Source: Candidatus Saccharimonadota bacterium (GTDB lineage: Bacteria > Patescibacteriota > Gracilibacteria > BD1-5 > UBA6164). Taken from it: a stretch of DNA of 32,000 nt. The position numbers and the translations under genes are program-made. The notes beneath the pieces were generated by a model. It worked only from the letters and a program-made list of their open reading frames with translations. It was not told where the DNA came from and did no database searches. Shown piece by piece: positions 30,388 through 32,000 of this stretch. The stretch is from positions 300,001-332,000 of the forward strand of contig OZ245768.1 in assembly GCA_965227835.1 (NCBI GenBank), written 5' to 3'. Position 1 is the first letter of the stretch. The number at the start of each line of letters is the position of its first letter.

Positions 30388-30428
30388 AGTTTAAATCTAG
30401 ACCTATAAACCCGAGAAAATTTCGTTAA
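29325..30428 (+). CDS. IS481-like transposase, copy C, with a 13-codon tail from flanking DNA
   Basis: It is the same ORF as 6297.., ending ...DHYQFKSRPINPRKFR then TAA 30426-30428, outside the element. Confidence 0.8.
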
Positions 30429-31053
30429 ATATATCTTCCTCATCAAATTCTTCTTCTTCATTTACATTTTCATCTTCACTTTCAATCTCATTCTCATCCT
30501 CCAAAACTTCATCTTGCGAATCATCTCTAGAATTTGAGTTATCATTTATTTCTTCATTATTATTTGTCTCTTCCTCTCCTGTTCAAAAATCATCAGAAAA
30601 TATACTTTTAAACATATCTTCTATAGTTTCATCTACAGAATCATTTATTTCCTCTTCTTCAGCTTTTTCTAAAGTATCTTTATGAATATCAGAAAAAGTT
30701 CATTTCTCTTTTTTATCTGATACCTCATTTTCTTCCAAAAATTTATCCAAAGTCATTAGCTTACCATTATCTTTAACATAGCTAATTCCATTTATTTTAT
30801 AAATTTTTGTCTCTTGTAATCTATGAACTTCTCAACTTCTTTTAATATATCTTTTTCATCAAATATTATAAAATTTAGGATTATCTACTTTTTTTAGCAT
30901 ACCATTTTCTTTTACATATCATTCTCAATTTATATAAAAGATTTTAGCACCAATCAAATCATCACTATTCATAGTTGTTTTTATTCAAGTAGTAGCAAAA
31001 CTTGAACTTAAAGTTAAAATAAAAACTAACAAAATTGTAAATATTTTTTTCAT
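30403..31053 (-). CDS. Secreted protein with N-terminal signal peptide and a highly acidic C-terminal tail (216 aa)
   Basis: The minus strand from cat 31051-31053 to TAG (cta 30403-30405) is 651 nt. The translation is MKKIFTILLVFILTLSSSFATTG... ...EEEINDSVDETIEDMF...DDSQDEVLEDENEIESEDENVNEEEEFDEEDIFNEIFSGL. The stop codon abuts the IS copy C target duplication. Confidence 0.6.
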
Positions 31054-31263
31054 AGGACTTTATTTTTAAACATATAAAAATTCTTAAATACCTATATATT
31101 AAAACATAATTCTTTTTATTATGCAAATATTTGGCATATATTTTTTATTTTTCCAAATTTTATTAAAAATTTTTAAGAATTTATATACAATTTATCTATT
31201 TAGAAACCATTATTTAAAATGTTTATAATCAAATTTGATTTTTGTGACTATTGAAATAATATT

Positions 31264-31299
31264 AACTCTGTTTTGAAATTTAGATTTCAAAACAGAGTT
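31264..31299. promoter_or_regulatory. Perfect 16-bp inverted repeat (operator-like) overlapping a predicted promoter
   Basis: The repeat is AACTCTGTTTTGAAAT-ttag-ATTTCAAAACAGAGTT. The predicted promoter is TTGATT (31235-31240), a 16-nt spacer, then TAATAT (31257-31262), so the predicted start site falls inside the left arm. The downstream Shine-Dalgarno is AAGGAGG (31317-31323). Confidence 0.45.
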
Positions 31300-31331
31300 T
31301 TGTTATCCATAATAAAAAGGAGGTCAAAAAA

Positions 31332-31604
31332 GTGATAACATTCAAATCCGTTCTTTTACTAAATTCTTCTTCTTTTTCTCGTTTAATTAAAAATGGTGAA
31401 AAAGCTTCTCTACCTAGTGAAGAGTTAGAAAAATATGGGAGAAAAATATCAAAAGAAAATCCTCCTAATAATTTTTTAATAAAAGAAGCTCTAAAGAAAT
31501 TTAATAAAGGACAACATCCAAATGCCACATGCTGGCAAGTTACAGATATTTTTATGTTAAATAGGTATTTCATATACCAATCTCTAAAAAAATTATCTGC
31601 ATAA
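31332..31604 (+). CDS. Small hypothetical protein (90 aa), GTG start, TGA-free
   Basis: A strong SD lies 8 nt upstream of GTG 31332. The ORF is open in both code 11 and code 25 and is followed by a strong terminator. The translation is MITFKSVLLLNSSSFSRLIKNGEKASLPSEELEKYGRKISKENPPNNFLIKEALKKFNKGQHPNATCWQVTDIF... Confidence 0.45.
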   Translation: MITFKSVLLLNSSSFSRLIKNGEKASLPSEELEKYGRKISKENPPNNFLIKEALKKFNKGQHPNATCWQVTDIFMLNRYFIYQSLKKLSA

Positions 31605-31606
31605 AA

Positions 31607-31642
31607 AAAGGGCTAATTTTATAAAATTAGCCCTTTTTCATT
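31607..31642 (+). terminator. Rho-independent terminator
   Basis: The hairpin is AAAGGGCTAATTTT-ata-AAAATTAGCCCTTT followed by TTCATTTT. Confidence 0.75.
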
Positions 31643-31806
31643 TTATAGTAAACAAACTAGATAGTCTCTCTTCAAAAATAGAAACTTCTTACAATAGCAA
31701 AGGGCTAAAGCTCTCTGCCTACTAAAAATAAAAATTAACTTTTCAATTAAAATTGCATTTCAAAATAGTCTAACTTAAAAGTTAGTTCACTATATATTTA
31801 AATTCT

Positions 31807-32000
31807 TTATCCTAAATTACCAGCAACATATTCCCAGTTAACTATATTCCACAAAGCATTTATATAAGATTTTCTATCATTTCTATAATCTATATAATAT
31901 GAATGTTCCCATATATCAAAACCAAGCAAAGCATTTTTTCATTCTTTCAATAGATTTCATGCATCATCGGTATTAACTACTTCTAAATCTCATTTTGAAT
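31807..32000 (-). CDS. Fe/Mn-family superoxide dismutase, C-terminal part (5' end outside the window)
   Basis: The minus strand reads ...[42 protein letters not shown] then TAA (tta 31807-31809). This contains the D-x-WEH-x-YY and VNW signatures of Fe/Mn SODs. Confidence 0.85.

Noticed and set aside
31280-31573. Minus-strand 97-aa ORF overlapping the small gene at 31332..31604
   Set aside because: It has no ribosome-binding site or promoter. The plus-strand ORF has AAGGAGG at ideal spacing, an upstream promoter and palindrome, and a downstream terminator in the correct orientation.

Overview
This is an AT-rich bacterial window whose genes only make sense if TGA is read as glycine (translation table 25, as in Gracilibacteria / Absconditabacteria-SR1 candidate-phyla-radiation lineages). 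In-frame TGA falls on invariant Gly positions of UvrB, ClpP, Fic, HsdM, UppS and GmrSD, and every gene ends in TAA or TAG. The supplied standard-code ORF track is therefore fragmented, and many of its ORFs are spurious antisense reads. Re-read by hand with TGA=Gly, the window contains four blocks. (1) A housekeeping block: two family-1 glycosyltransferases, a heptad-repeat coiled-coil protein, clpP, a convergent polyprenyl synthase-uppS-secF operon, uvrB and a tmRNA. (2) A decayed defence island: Fic, an orphan type I hsdM, RhuM, a RhuM-N/Doc fusion, an internally deleted MmeI-like type IIG enzyme, a frameshifted type IIG TRD fragment, and an intact GmrSD type IV enzyme. (3) A very dense, partly nested set of insertion sequences. 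These are three near-identical IS481-like copies with 15-bp target duplications, two IS4-like copies in inverted orientation (one split by an IS5-like element), a 216-bp MITE derived from the IS4-like element, a decaying IS30-like element next to the tmRNA 3' end, and two copies of an IS1-like fragment. By my coordinates they total about 9.4 kb, roughly 29% of the window. (4) A right-hand block: a TGA-free small ORF, HAD-like and GHKL-ATPase genes, a secreted acidic protein, a second TGA-free small ORF behind a perfect 16-bp palindrome, and the 3' part of an Fe/Mn superoxide dismutase. All coordinates and translations were derived by hand and should be confirmed computationally with table 25.
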